A DNA stretch of 64,000 nt from Carcharhinus amblyrhynchos (taxonomy: Eukaryota), in assembly GCA_965287045.1 (NCBI GenBank), contig OZ336886.1:29202001-29266000 (forward strand). The letters run 5' to 3'. This document shows, piece after piece, positions 62,794 through 64,000 of the stretch. The number at the start of each line of letters is the position of its first letter. The stretch's first letter is position 1. The notes under the pieces were generated by a model that worked only from the letters and a program-made list of their open reading frames with translations, had not been told where the DNA came from and did no database searches. Both the position numbers and the translations under genes were made by a program.

Positions 62794-64000
62794 CTGTAAG
62801 CAAAATAAAACTGGTTAGCCCAAGAAATCAGATCTTTTCTCTGAATTTGTTGGCAGTTTAAATCAGTTGCTTTGGATACACTGAAAGTGGTGTCTATCAT
62901 AGACAATTAAGTGGGCATTATGAACCAGTTAGTGTGATCAGACCAGGAGTTCCCAAGGGTGATTGCACTAAGGGGCATTTAATATGCACAGAAAGGAACT
63001 TATTTGTGCTTTAATGATGAAGACTCTGCTATAAATCAGTTTATCCTCGCTTATTAGGGATTCGCTGCTAATACACACGAAGGTCTTTGTTATATGTCTG
63101 TGGATCATTGATGGGTGGCTGATGAAGTTGCCTACAGGACAAATTGATGCCAGGTTGCATCTGACTTATCGGTACAATGCTGGGGAAAAAAGTAAATAAC
63201 AAAAATAAGTTGATGACATAAATTGTTTTTATGGAGTAAAATAAACATTAATTAAATAAAAAATCAAGAACCAGGCAATTGTGTCCAAGTTAACCTTGTG
63301 TCTGAATTATCCAGTTATTTCTTAAATGAAGCTGCCTGTGCTATGAAAGCCAGGAGAACATATTGTTTGGCTCTGTTCAGCTTTGAGATATATTTGAATG
63401 ACAATTTTACTGCTGAAATAGTACAGCTTTAAAGCACGTTGATTATGTTGTTTATGGGAGTGCTAATTAGTAAATGGACACATATGGTGCAATTCATTTA
63501 ACTAATAGCTGCCTTTGAGGTTTAACAAAATTGCCATTCTCTCCTTCTTTCAGTTCCCCACCTGGGATCCTGAATGGGTTGAAATACAGAGTAATTATTG
63601 GTAATCATCTCACATCATCAGTAACCGATTGCAAGGCTGTAATTAAATAATAAATGCTTCTGTGACTCGTGCCCTTTATGTGGCAGTGCCCTAGAGACAC
63701 AACTCTGCATAACAAAATAGCTGACTCCTAGCCAGTTCCCTCCAGCAATACTATCTTGCAGTCAGTCCGAGCGCCCACTTATCCTTCTCTAAAGTATAAA
63801 GCAAAATGCTCTTGTAACATTGCATTGTATGATGCTCTAAATCCTTTCTGCATGCTCTCTGCACTTATGTACAACAAGGCCATCCTCATCTTGACATAAT
63901 GTTGATCAAACTTGTTTTCAGCTTCAGACATTAGCTGCCCTCCATTACTTTTGCCAAGCGACAGGCTTTTGTTAGGAGGCAAGAGGGTTCATTAACAACC

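Overview
Eukaryotic, AT-rich, repeat-dense DNA, almost certainly from an elasmobranch (shark), judged by HE1-type V-SINEs, a DeuSINE and HER1-type CR1 LINEs. It is intronic or intergenic, and no complete host gene can be read. Most recognisable content is nested transposon relics: many CR1 LINE fragments (two young copies about 97% identical), Rex1/Babar and L2 fragments, a decayed two-LTR Gypsy element and a solo LTR, Penelope-like elements with minimal hammerhead-ribozyme cores, and PIF/Harbinger relics (transposase, Myb/SANT protein and non-autonomous TIR elements). The unique-looking islands hold a dense TALE (TGACAG) motif cluster and several unverified splice-bounded candidate exons. Most ORFs in the track are TE fragments or spurious. 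There are no prokaryotic features, CRISPR arrays, rRNA or true tRNA genes. The most unusual items are a CpG-rich composite V-SINE that lacks its B box and carries a 5' extension with a splice acceptor, V-SINEs with three different LINE-type tails, a head-to-head SINE fusion, and a palindromic Penelope insert with hammerhead cores. All family assignments come from motif recognition by eye, not database searches, and TE boundaries are approximate.
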